NCBI RefSeq assembly: GCF_001194135.2
Contig: NC_068997.1
Span: 3,521,669-3,585,668 of the forward strand
Reading direction: 5' to 3'
DNA: 64,000 nt
Origin: Octopus bimaculoides
Taxonomy: Eukaryota
Shown here: piece by piece, positions 1 to 15,000 of the stretch
Numbering within the stretch: position 1 is the stretch's first letter
How the letters are laid out: every line of letters starts with the position of its first letter
The notes under the pieces: generated by a model
What the model was told of the DNA's origin: nothing
Seen by the model: only the letters and a program-made list of their open reading frames with translations
Database searches by the model: none
Position numbers and translations under genes: made by a program

Positions 1-2
1 AA

Positions 3-3000
3 CCAACAACAACAGAGCCAACAATAACCACTCCAAAACCAGTAACCACAACAAAAGCAACAGCGACCACAACAAAAGCAGGAATAATAACAGCAGAGCC
101 AACAACAACCACAACAGAACCAAGAAGTACCACAACCAAGTCAACAACAACTGCACTAAAACCTAGCATAACCACAGCAGAACCAACACCAACCACAACT
201 GAACGAACAACAACCATAGCAAGGTCATCAGCTACAGCCACAACTCAGGAAACAACACCAAAACCAATAACAACCGCAACTATCACAAGAGGACCAACAA
301 CCACCAGAACACAACCAGTAACAACCACAACTGAACCAACAACGACTACAATAGAACCAGCAACTACCGCGAGAAAACTAACAGCAACTGAACCAAAACC
401 AACAACAACACAACAAACGACAGCCACACCAGGACTATCAATAACTTCAATCACAACAGAATCAACAATGACAATAGAACCAGCAACAAGCACAACAGAA
501 CCAACAACAGACATAACACTATCGACAACCACACCAGATCAATTAATATTTACACATGTACCAACAACAACAAAGGCACAAAGTACATCACCACAAACAA
601 CAACAACAACAATCACACCAGAACCTACAACTACAAAAACAATACAAAGATCAACCACGACTCATCCAACCATAACCACAGCAGAACCAACAACCACAAT
701 ATCACCAATAACATCAATTATAAGCGAACCAACAACCACAACAGGACCGACACCAACAACCACAATCTCAAAAACAACAACAACAAACACAAGTTCACCA
801 ATAATAACCACCGAAGTACCAACACACACAGCAACAGGACCAACTATAACATCACCAAGGGCAATTGCCACAGCAGAACCGGTATCGAGTCCAACAAATC
901 CAACGTTATCATCCATAAAAGAACCAGCAACAACCGCAAGAGATCGAACCTCGACCACAACAGAAGCAACTTCAACCAAGGCAGCACCAATTCCAGCAGC
1001 CACAACTGAACCAGCAATAACAACAACGTTTCCAACAACGACCACTGCAACACCAACAACGACAACCACCAAATTACAAACAAAAACAGAAACAATACAA
1101 ACAATAGCAACGTCCCCACCAACCACGACAGCATCACAACGAACAACAACAAATATGAGAGCACCAGCATCAACATCAATAGAAACAACAACGTCCGAAA
1201 CATCCCCAATAACATCCACAAAAGAACCTATGTCAAGCACAATAGAACAAGTAATAGCAACTACAACTTTACTAACAACATCCGCAACAGAGCCAACAAC
1301 AACATTCACGAAAGAACAAACAACAACAGCTACAATAGAAACAGCCACGGCCAAAACATCACCAAGAGCATCCACAATAGAACCAACACAAACCACAAGA
1401 GAACTTACAGTATCAACAGTCCCGACTACAATAACAACGACATTAGAACCAGCAATAACTACCACAAGTTTATCTACAAAGACAATGCCATCAACAATTA
1501 CCACTACTAAGCCAGCTATAAGAACTATGGAAGGAACAATAACAGCTGAATCATCAACAGCAACACCACCATCAACAACAACAACAGAACTAACATTTAC
1601 CACGCGAACAGGAACAAGAACAAGAACAACAGTGCCGACAGTAACCGCAGAAACAACAACGGAAGCAGTAAAAACCGCCGCAGAACTAAATACGATAACC
1701 GCAAAAGAGCAAATAACTACAACCGAATCACCATTAGAAATAACTGCAACACAAACAAAAACGACATCAACAAACACAATCGAACCAACAACAACCACAA
1801 CAGAAACCACATCAAAATCACTACCAACCACAGCCAAAACAGAACCAACAACAGAATTGCCACGAACAACAAGCGCAATTCAACAGACAGCAACTGCAAT
1901 GGGACCCCCAACAACAATGGAATCCACAATAACAGCATTTCTACGAACGAAGACCACCACACAACCAATATCCACCAGAAGATCGGAAACACCAACACAA
2001 ACCATTGAACTAACAACAGCACCAACTGCAGCAACAACATCAACTGGGTCCACAATACGCACAACAGAACCGTCAACGATGTTATCACAACCGACAACTA
2101 AAACTATGAAAAAATCTACATCCGAACCAATCACGGCAACCTCTTCACCTGCAGCAAATACAAAACAATCAATAACAAGCAGAACAGAACCAACAGCAGT
2201 TACACCTGAGCCAATAACAACAAAGACAACAGAACCTATTACATTAACAGAGCGAACAACGACAACCACAACAGCACCAACAACAATTACAATAGAACCA
2301 ACAAAAAGAACACCACCAACAGCAACCCCAACACATCCAATAATAACAACTCTATTAAGAACAACAGCACCACCAACAACAACCACACCCGATCGGACAG
2401 CAATCACAACAGTACCACAATCAACAGCCACAACAGAACCAACGACAGCCTCACTAGAACTAACAACGACAACCACAACAGAACCAAGAATGCCATCACC
2501 ACCAAAAGCCACCATAACAGCAACAATCTCAAACACAACACCAAGTGCAACGTCAACAACAAGCTCAAGAGAAACATCAGCGACAACATCACAACCAACA
2601 TCAACTGCAACAGCTCAAAGAATGATAACAACAATACCAACAACTAGAACATCTCCACCTTCAGCAACTTCAACAGGACCAGCAACAACTGCTAGAGAAC
2701 CAACAACTCCAATAACAACCACAACAGATCAAACAACAATCACGAAAGCTCCAGCAACAATAATCCCAACAGGACCAACAACGGCCATAACCGAACAACC
2801 GGCAACAAGCGCAACAGGACCAAAATTTACAAATGCATCTGAAACAACAACAACAGAAACAGAACCAATAACTGTTGCATTATCAACAACGACTACAACA
2901 AAAACAACATCTCCGACAACAACCATCAGAACACCAACAACAACTAGAACATCACCAACGATAACAACCACAAGAAAACCAACAAAAACAACAGCAAGAG

Positions 3001-6000
3001 AACCAACATCTACAAACAAATCAGTAACAACAACCAATGAAGAAACAACACCAACTCCAGCAAAAACGAAAGCAAACCTTTCCACAGCACCACCTGCAAC
3101 AACTACAACAAGCACAAAAGAACCCTCAACAACGTCATCACAAATAACAACCGTGCCAAAAACCACCACAGAACCAACAACAACCACAGCAGAACTAACA
3201 ACCACAACTATAACAGAAGCAGCAACCACAATCACAACGAAACCAAGAGACGCATCCACGACAGAAGAAAGAGCAACCACAGTCACAACACAACCAATAG
3301 CAACCACCACAGAACTAACAACAACCACATCACAAACATCCACAACACAAACAAGAACCACCACGGAACCAACCACCACAACAACAGAAACAAAAACCGC
3401 AATCACATCAGAACCAACAACCACAACAGGACCAACAACCACAACAGGACCAACAACTACAATCACAACAGAGCAAACAACAACCACAACAGAACCAAAA
3501 TCTACAGCAGAACGAACAACAACCACACCAGGACCAATAACCACAATCACAACAGTACAAACGACAATCACAACAGAACCAAAAATCACAACAGAAATAA
3601 AATCCACAACAGAACCAAAGACCACAATCACAACAGAACCATCTACAACTAAAGCAGGATCAAAATCCTCAATCAAAACAGACCAAATAACAACCACCAC
3701 AGAGCCAACAACAATAACAACAACGGAAGCAACAACCACAACACAAGCACCAACAACTGAAACAGAACCAACAACACCCCCAACAGCACAAACAACCACA
3801 ACACCAACACCCACAGCACAAACAGCAACACCCACGGAATCAACGACCAATACAATAGAACCAACAGCCACAATCACAACAGAAGCAACAACAGCTAGAA
3901 CACAAACAACAACCACCACAATAGTACCAACAGCCACCATCACAACGCAACCAGGCACAACAACAGCACAAACAACAGCCACAACAAAAACAGCAACGAC
4001 CACAGAACTGGCAACCACCCCAACAAGACCAACAACTAAAATCACAACAGGGCCAGCAATCACAAGACCCACAACCACAATCACATCACAAGAAACAACC
4101 ACAACAGCAACCACTACAGAACTGACAACAAACACAACAGAGCCACCAACCACAACCACAGCAGATCGGACAACAGCCACCATAGAATCAATTACAAACA
4201 GACTAGTTCCAACAACCACATTAGAACCAACATTAACAACCGCAACAAAACCTACAATAACATCACAAGCAACAACCACAACAAAACCAACAACAACAGC
4301 TACAAAAGCAGCACCAACTCCAACCTCAAAATTAAGCACTAAAGAACGAGTGTCAACAACTACAAGGGAACCAACAACAACCACAACACAACAAACAACT
4401 CCAACCATCTCTGGACCAACCTCTACCACAACTGCAAGCACAACACCTACCACAACAGAAGCAACAACAACCACAGCAACATCAACACCCACAATATTGC
4501 ATACCACAACTCGAATGTCACCAACTAAGTCACGTACAACTGAAGCAAACACACCCATAGCGCATTTAGCCTCTACGGTTAGATACGAAACATCCAGCAA
4601 CCTTGAAACAGCTACTGTCACAACAGGAGAAACTTCTCTACCATCGACAGGTACAGGCTCATTAGAATACAAACAAACACCTTCTATTACAACACAGAAA
4701 ACATCAGGTACACAAGATCTAACATCTTCAACCGTTACACTTTCATCTGTAGATGAGACTTCAGAATTTTCCACACACGAAGAATCATCAAACTTAGCAT
4801 TCCCTAATTCTCTTCCACCGACTCCGTCTACAGAAATGTATACGTCTCAACACATTACGGAAGACTTTCCGAAGCATTCCACAAAATTTAGCATTCCAAC
4901 CAACATGACACAAGGACCATCTAGAACCACTACACACATCCCTACATCACAAACAGCAGCAGCAACAAAAAATAAGAATACGGCAACTACACCAACTACA
5001 TCACAGACAACAGCAACAACAAACCTCACTACTACACCAACAACTACATCACAGACTAGAGCAACAACAGACATCAATATAACACCAACAGCTACACCAG
5101 AGGCTACAGCAAAGACAGACATCACTACAACACAAGGAGTAACAGAAATTGCAACAAGCACCGCGAATACACCGGCAACTACATCACAAGCTACAGGCAC
5201 CACTGTTACACCAACCACTGCATCACGAACCACAGCATCAACAGACACCACAGCTACACCAAAGTCATTACAGACAACAGCAACAACAAACCTCACTACT
5301 ACACCAACTACATCACGAATTAAAGCAACTAGAAGCACCACTACCACACAAGCAAGTACATTAGAAACTATGCTAACAACAGGCACTACTAGCACACGAA
5401 CAACTACACCACAAAGTACAGCAACAACAGACATCACTACTACATTAACAACTACAGCCAAGACAGTCACGACATCCACTACATCACAGTCTACAAAAAC
5501 AACAGACAGCGCTATTACACCAACAACTACAACACAAGCCACAGCTATGCCAGACAAATCTATGACTCAGACAACTACATCACAAACTGCAACAGTACTA
5601 GGCATTATTACTGCACCAGCAACTATATCACAAACAACAGCAAGAACAGGCACCACTACAACACCAGTAAATACTTCACAAAGTACAGCAACAACAGACA
5701 AAACTTCAACACCAGCAACTACATCACAAACAACAGCAAAAATAAGCAACGCTACTACACCAACAACATCCCAAATTAAAGCTACAACAGGTACTACGAC
5801 TTCTACTTCTACTACTAAACCAGATACTACATCACAAACTACAGCAACGGAAGTCACTACTACCACACAAACAACTACACAAGAAACTACAATAACAACT
5901 GGCGCTACACCAGAAACTACAGCACAAACTACAGCAACAACTGAAGCTTCTATGTCAGAAACTACACCTACTACACCACAAACTACAACAACAGCAAGAA

Positions 6001-9000
6001 CCACTACTAAACCAGTAACTACATCACAAACCACAGCAACAGAGGACACTACTACCACACAAACAGCTACACCAGAAACTACAGCAACAACAGGCGCTAC
6101 TACTACTACACCAACAACTACAACACAAACTACAGCAACAACAAACCTCCCTACTACAGTAGTAACTACATCACAAGCTGCCGCAACAACAAGTACTACT
6201 ACTGTACCAAGAATTACATCACAAACTACAGCCACAACAGGCACCAGTCCAACACCATCGACTACACTACAAACAACAGCAACAGCAGATAGTAGTACTA
6301 CTACACCAGCAACTACATCAGAAACTACACCTACAACAGGCAGTAATACAACACCAACAAATACACCACAGACTACAACACCAGGAGCCACTAGTACACC
6401 TACAACTACATCACAAACTACGCCAACAAAAGGTACCACAATAACACCAACAACTACACAAACTACAGTAATAGTGAGTACCACTACCTCGCCACTCACT
6501 ACAACGCAAACTACAGCAACAAGGGGAACCACTACTACACAACCCGCTACAATACAAACTACTGCAACAACAAGTATCATTACTGCACCAGCAACTACAT
6601 CACACACTACATCGTCAACAGGCACCACTAGTACATCAGCAACCACATCAGAAACTACACCAACGGCCGGCACCAGTGCCATGCAAACAACTACACCACA
6701 AAGTAAAGTAACAGCAGGCACCATTACTACGTCATCAACTACATCACAAACTGCAGCACCAACAGATACAGATATTACTCCAGCAACTACATCACAAGCA
6801 TCAACAAGAGCAGACACTACAACCGCACCAACAACTACTTCAAACACCACAGCAACGCCAGGTACCATTACAGCACCAGCAACTACGACACAAACTACGA
6901 CAATAACAAGTACAACTACCACAGACACAACTACACCGCAAACTACAGGAATAGCAAATATTGCTACCACACCTCCAACTACATCACAAACAACAGCAAC
7001 AATAGGCATCACTACTACACCAGCAACTACATCACAAACTACAGCAACAGCAGGCACTACTATTACACCAGTAACTACAGGTAGTATTATTACACCAGCA
7101 ACTACTTCAGAAACAACAGCATCAGCAGGTACCACTAGTACATCAGCAACTACATCAGCAACAACAACAGACAGTACTATGTCATCAATTACATCACAAA
7201 CTACAGCATCGACGGATACAACTATTGCACCAGCAACTACATCACAAACATCAACAACAACAGACACTCCTATCACACCAGCAACTACTTCACAAACCAC
7301 AGCAGCGGCAGGCACTATTACAACACCAACAGCTACACCACACACTACAGCAACAACGGATAGAACTACTACCCCAGCAACTACATCACAGACATCAACA
7401 AGAACAGGTGCACCTACCACACTAGCAACTGTAACACAAACAGCAGCGACAAATGGTACCAGTAATACACTGACAATTACACCACAAACTACACCAAAGA
7501 CTGCAGCAACAGCAGGTACTACTACTACACAGCCCACTACTACACAACCCACTGCACTACATACTACAGCAACAATAGGCACAACAACTACACTAGCAAC
7601 TACATCACAAACTACAACAACAGCAAGCACTACTACCACAAGAACAACTACACCAGAAGGTATAGAAACAGCAGGTGCCACTACTACACCACCCACTACT
7701 CCACAAACTGCAGTAACAAAAGCTAAAACTACTATACCAGCAACTAGGTCACAAACCACAACACCAGCAGGCACCACTATTACACCAACAACTGCATCAC
7801 AAAGTACAGCAACAACAGGCACCACGACTACACCAATGATTACACCACTAACTACGCCAGCAACTACATTACAAACTACAATATCAGCAGACATTACTGC
7901 AACCCCAGCAACTACACCACAAGCTACATTAACAACACTCATAACTACGACACAAGAACCTACATCACAAGAAACTACGTCATACACTGCACCAACAGCA
8001 GACACCGCTTCTATCTCAAGTACAATATCAAAAACTACATCAGCAACAGCGATCCCAGTTACACCAGCCACTTCATCACACTTGAAACCAACAACAAGCA
8101 CCACTAATACACCAGAAACTATGCCACAAACTACATCAACAGCAGCTACCACGCCTAGGCCCACAACTACATCACAAACTACAGCAACAACTAGGTCTGC
8201 TACCACACCAACCACTTCATCACAGTCTAAAAGAACAGTCTCAACCTACTCACCGAGCATTACATCACAAGCTTCATCAACCATAGACACCGCTACTACT
8301 GTATCACAAACTGCAGAAACAACATACACGACATCTAAACCATCATTATATATTACACCGAAAACATCCTCATCTACTCTTCCTCAGCCACCGTCCACTG
8401 GGACACAAATATCTTTAAAATCAGCAACTCCTCCACCAACATTTGTCTCTGTTTTTTCATCAGCGACCCTTGTGCCACGAACGTCCTCACTTTCACAGTC
8501 TAGGTTTCACTCCACCTCTACTACCCCGCAATCAGAATCTGTTACAATGTCACCAACAAGTTCGACGAGTGTGTCATCAACATTTTATAATACACTCATG
8601 CCGAAAACTAAAGTGGTGAAGACCTCTACTACTTCCCAACCCATTCCTAACGCTGCTTCTGTAACACCTACAGCCGGACCACCTGTCCATACAAGTACAA
8701 CGGCTACATCTTTGTCATTAGAATCTACAACTGCAACCACAACGTCTGCAACTCCTCTATCAGTATCGAACTCTGTAGTAACACCATCAACCAGTCATCT
8801 ATCAAATACTGAGGATAGCCTAGAAAAGCTGAACGAAAATAGAAAATCCCCTTCAACGCCAGTTACGATGTCTAGCAAGGAGATACTGACAGATCATACA
8901 TTGCCAACCATTACAAAGGTGTTATTATATACAAGAAAGAAAGCAATGACGATTAAAGGACACCAGAACATAACATTTCCGACCGAAAGGGTAGTAACTA

Positions 9001-12000
9001 ATCAGTTAATGACATCTGGCAAGGAGCCACAAACTACACCACCAACAACAATAAACGGAACAGCAGAAACGACAGTCATGACAGAAAAGGCAATAAATAT
9101 AACAGAGCCAACAACAGAGTCAACAGAAACAACATCACAAAAAATGACAACCACAACGGAACCAACAACACTAGACGTAACAGAAACAACATCAACCGCT
9201 GCACCACTAACAAAAGCCATGACAGAGCAAACAAAGACCTCAACAGAACTAAGAAGAACAATACTAACAATCAAAACAGCCACAACAGAAACAACAACGA
9301 CAGCGGAACCGACAACAATCAACGTAACAAAAATAACAACGACAACAATACCAACAACAACTACTACAGAATCAACAACAGAAACAACAACAACCACGAC
9401 ACAATCAGCAACAGATCTAATAACAACACAAATAACAGAATCAACAACACCATTAACAACAGAACGAATAGCAACAAACACAGCAGAACCAACAACAATC
9501 ACAATTGCGCCAACAACGACACCGGAACAAACAACATTAAAAGAGCAAACAACTTCCAGAGCAGAACTAACAACGACCACAGCGAAACCAACAACAGCAA
9601 CAGAAGGAACAATAACTACTTCAAGACCAATAACAACCGCTACAGAACCAACAATAATAGCTACAACCTCAACACAGTTAATTACAAATGTAACAGGATC
9701 ATTAACAACGAAAACAAAACAAACTTCAAAACAGTCAACAACACAAACCACAACAGAAGCTATAACAACTACCACACCAACCAATATATTTACAACGGAT
9801 TTCACAAAACGGGCCACAACACGATTAGCATCAGCAAAAGATTCAATAACAGCAGCAATAAATAAAACATCAAGAACAACAACCACATCACAACCAACAA
9901 TGAAAACTGCAACCGAACAAAAGACAACTACAAAAGAACCGACAACAACCATAACAGAATCAACAACAACCATAACGGAATCGAAAACAAACAATATAGA
10001 ATTAACAAGAAACATAACAGAACAGACAGCTTCCATTACAAAACCGTCAATAACCAGAACAAAAACCAAAGCAATTACAACAAAACCGACAACAACCACA
10101 ACAGAACCACCAACAACCAAAATAGAACTGACAACTGTAAGAGAACCTACAACAACAAGGATAGAACAGACAACTACTGCAAGAGAACCAAAAAGAACCA
10201 CAACAGAACCAACAACAACCGTAACAGAACCAACAGCAACATCAGAACCAACAACAACAACAGGAGCAATAACCACTACGACAACAAAACAAATAACAAC
10301 TGAACGACCAACTACAAGCCTAACACAAACAATAACCACATTGGGACATACAACAATAAATCCAACAGCAACCACAACAAAACCAACAACCATAACAGAA
10401 CCAAGAACAGACGCACCAATAACAACCACGAAACCAACAAAAGCTACAAACCCATCAACCACAAAGCCAACAGCAACCACAAACGTATCAACAACCACGA
10501 AACCACCAACAACTACAACTGAAGCAAAAACAACCACAACAGAACCAACAACAAAATCAGTAACAACTATAACAGAACCAACGTCATCCATAAGAGAAAC
10601 TGCAACAATAAAAGCTGAACTAACAAACACCACACAAGGAACAACAGCCACAACTATAGCTATTTCCATAACAAAGGAAGCAAACATTTCCACTGTATCA
10701 CAACCAATAGTAGCAACCACAACAGAAACGACAACAACAGAACCTGTAAAAATAATTCCAACAGTACCAGCAACAACATCCACAACATTGCCAACATCAT
10801 CAACCGCAGGAGGACTAACATCAAACACATTAGGGGCAACAACACCAATATCAACTAAAACAGCCATAGCAACAGAACCAATGATATCCTTAAAAGTACC
10901 AACAATAAAAACGGCGAAAGAAGCAACATCATCAACATCAGAATTATCACCAACAACCACTACAAAACTGAGTACAATAACAACAGAACGAAAGATGTTT
11001 TCAACAGATGCGTCAACAATCACTAAACCGCCAACCACGACAACCACAACAGAACCATCAACAACCACAATAGAAGCATCATCAACCACAACAGGTGCAA
11101 CAACAACAAACAAAACACTTGAAGCACCAATGACAACAATAGTACCAACAAGGATTGCAGTAGAATCCACAACAACGACCACAACAGAACCAATAACAAG
11201 CACTACAGAACCAACAACTCCAACCCCAACAAGGCCACCACAAACGACAAATCCCACAGAACTATTAATTGCAACAAACCCAACAGAACTGGCAACGAGC
11301 ACAGATGAACCGAGAACAACCACAAGAGAATCGACAACAATCACAAAAGAACCTTCAACATTCACAAAAGAACCAACAACCACAGCAGAGCCAACAACAG
11401 CCAGAACAGAACAACCAACATCTCCAAAAGAACCAAGCACAAACATCACAACAGCAGCAGCATCAACACCATCGTCAGCAGAACCGAGAGCAACAAACAT
11501 AATAGAAGAAACAACTGTTGCAAAATCAACGACAACGAATGCAAAAGAATCAATAGCAACAGAATCAATAGTAAGCACAAGAGAACCACCAGCAACAACC
11601 ACAATTGAAGCAGTAGCAAGAACCACCACTGGACAAACAACATCCACGAAAGAACAATCAAAATCAACAGAATCATCAACAACCACAACACCCAGTAAAA
11701 CAGACCTGTTAACCACAAACATTACATATCAAACATCAACCACAACAGGACCGCTATTCAAAACTACAAATCAAACAAAAATAACCACTACATCACTACC
11801 TATATCAACAAGCACAAGGGAATCGAAAACAACATCAGAACTCGCAACGGCAATTACAACAGTTCCAGCAAGAACAACTGCACTACCAACAAATACAACC
11901 AAATATGAGTCCACCGCCATCATAGCGGAACCAACAACAACCACGTTAGGAAGAATAGCAACTACAACAGAACCAAAACCAACCACAGCAGGACAAAGAA

Positions 12001-15000
12001 CAACTACGACAGGACCGGCAACAACCACACTAGGGGTAAAAGCAGCTATGACATCAACTGCAGCTACCACAAAAGAACCAACAACAACAAAAACCATATC
12101 AAGAACAACGACAGTACCAACGAGCACTACAACAGAACCTACAAGAACGACGACAACCACAAAAGAATCATCAATAACCGCAGCAAAATCAACACCATCA
12201 AGAGAATCAACAGCTTCAACGAGACCAATTACAACAGAACCTAGAACAACCGCAATGGAACAAACAACAAATTCAAAACAACCAACATTAACTCCAACAT
12301 TACCTACAACAACGACCAAAGCATCAACGACAACTACAACAGAACCAACAACATCACTCGTAACAGAACCAGCAACAGCATCCATAACAGAACAAATATC
12401 AACTATAACTGGACCGGTATCCATGACAAAACAAGCAAATGTGACACCTACATTACAACGAACAAGCGCAGCAAGAATAGAAAAGACGACCACAAGGGAA
12501 CAAACAGCAATATCAACAGAGCCTGCGGCAACAGCAAAGGAACCAACAACATCTATCAAAGAATCAACGAAATCAATCACAACAAAACGAACAACAACAA
12601 AAACGATACCGACAACAACCACAATAGAAACGCTCAGCACTGCAGAGGCAACGACAGTAACTGCAACAGACACGAATACAAGCAAAACAGAATCAACAAC
12701 AATAATTCGAACACTAACACCAACCAGTGCAGCGGCACTAACAACAGCCACAACAGAAGTAACAAAAAGAGCAAACACAACAGAACCAACAACAACAATA
12801 CAACCTATGGTGGCCACAACAAAGCCAACAACAACATCCACAAAGGAAGTGACGGAAACAAACATAACAACAACAAAAGAGCCAACAACAACAACAACAG
12901 AAACAACAAGACCTGTATCAAAAACAAGAATCACGATAGGACCACCAAATTCAACGCAATCAATAACAACCACAGCAGAGCCAAAAACATCTATAAACAC
13001 AACAGAACCAACTACATCAACACTACCAACAATAACAATAGAAACGACAGCAAACACAACAAACAGAACAAAGACAAATACAACTAACACTGAACCCACA
13101 AAATCTGCAAAAAGAGAACCAACAACAAAAACAGTACTATCAACAACAGCTCCACTAGAACTAACAAAATCTACAGCAGAAACCACAACAACAGAACCAA
13201 CTCCAACACAGCCAACAACAAGGAAAACGCAACCAACCACAAATACACCAGAAACACCAACTACGACAGAAACGACAACAATAGCTTCAATACAGACAAT
13301 TACAACCACAGCTGAACCAACGACCACTACAATAGAAGATACAGCAACAGACACATTAGGACCAACATCCACAACAGAATCAACGGCTAAAACTACAACG
13401 GAACCCGCAACAATAACCACAAGGGAACAAACAACAGCTTCAGAGGAAACAACAACAATAATTCCAACATTAGTTACGCAAAAAAACATAAAGACATCCA
13501 CAACAGGACCGACAACAACAAACATTACACAGCAAACATCAATCACAATAGAATCGATACCCACAACAAGAAAACAAACAAAAGCAACCACTACATTACA
13601 AAGAACCTCAACCAGTGTAGAAACCGTAACAACAGCTGAATCCACAACATCAGCCACAACAGTACCAAGAGCAACAACAATAGTACCAACAACCGAAAAA
13701 GAACCCACAGCAACCAGAATAGAAACAACCAAAACAATAAACACTGCAAAGCAAACAAAGCCAACACCGATGACGACCACAGCGGAACCAACAACAAAAA
13801 CCACAATAGAACCAACGGAAACTAACATTACAGTACCAACAACAACTATGAAAGAACTAACAACAACTACAACAATACCACCACCAACAACAACAACAAC
13901 CATATCAGAACAAACAACAACGACGGAACCAACAACAACCACAACAGAAACACTAACTGCAACAGATGTAACGCCTGGATCTTCAACACGGACAAATACA
14001 ACCACAACAGAATCAACATCAGAGACGATAGAGCCAACAACAACAATCACAACAGAGTCAACATCAATAACAAAAACTGAACCAACGGTAACCAAAACAG
14101 CAGAAACACCGATCACAACAATAACTGCCCTCGCACCAAAAACAACTAAATCTGTACAAACAACAACTACAGAATCAGCTACAACAACAGGACTAAAAAC
14201 AACATATGCAGAAGGACTTACACCCACCACCGAACTAAATACAAAGATAAGAGAAGAGAAGACCCACACAACCGTATCAAAAACAACGAAGAGTGAACCT
14301 GTAGTAACCCCAACTCTATTCACAGCGCTCATGACAAAGCTAAAGAGAGTCACAACAGAAAAAGCAACAAGAATATTAGAACCAACATCCAACACTACAA
14401 GAGAAGCACCAAAAACAACAACAGAAACAGAACCAACAACAACAAAAAAGACACCAGCATCAACAACGGCCACCACCACAATGGAACAAGTAGCCAGAAA
14501 AGAACCAACAACTATAACAGATCACACAACAACCACGACAGAACCAACAACAGTCACAGTAGAAACCACAAGAATCCCAATAGAAACAACAGTCGCAACA
14601 GAACCAACAACCACAAAAGTACCAACAACACTAACAAGCACAACAGAACGAACACCAAGAACCTTAGAACCAACTGCAACCACAACAGAATCTTCAACAC
14701 AAACGCTACTATCAACAAACACACCAGAAACCAGGGCAAAGCCTACAAGTACAAAGCCAGCTACAACAGAAAAGCTAACCACAAGTCAGGAAATAACAAC
14801 AGTTACAACGGAACCAACAAGTGGACCACCACGAAGAACAGAACCCACAACGACAAAAACGGAGGCAACAAGAACAAAAGAACCAAGAACTATCGAATCA
14901 ACAATTTCACATAAAGCACTGACAACAATAGCAATGCCATCGACAATAACCCCAGAACCACCATCAACGATTGAAGCTTTCACAACTGCGGGCACAGTAT

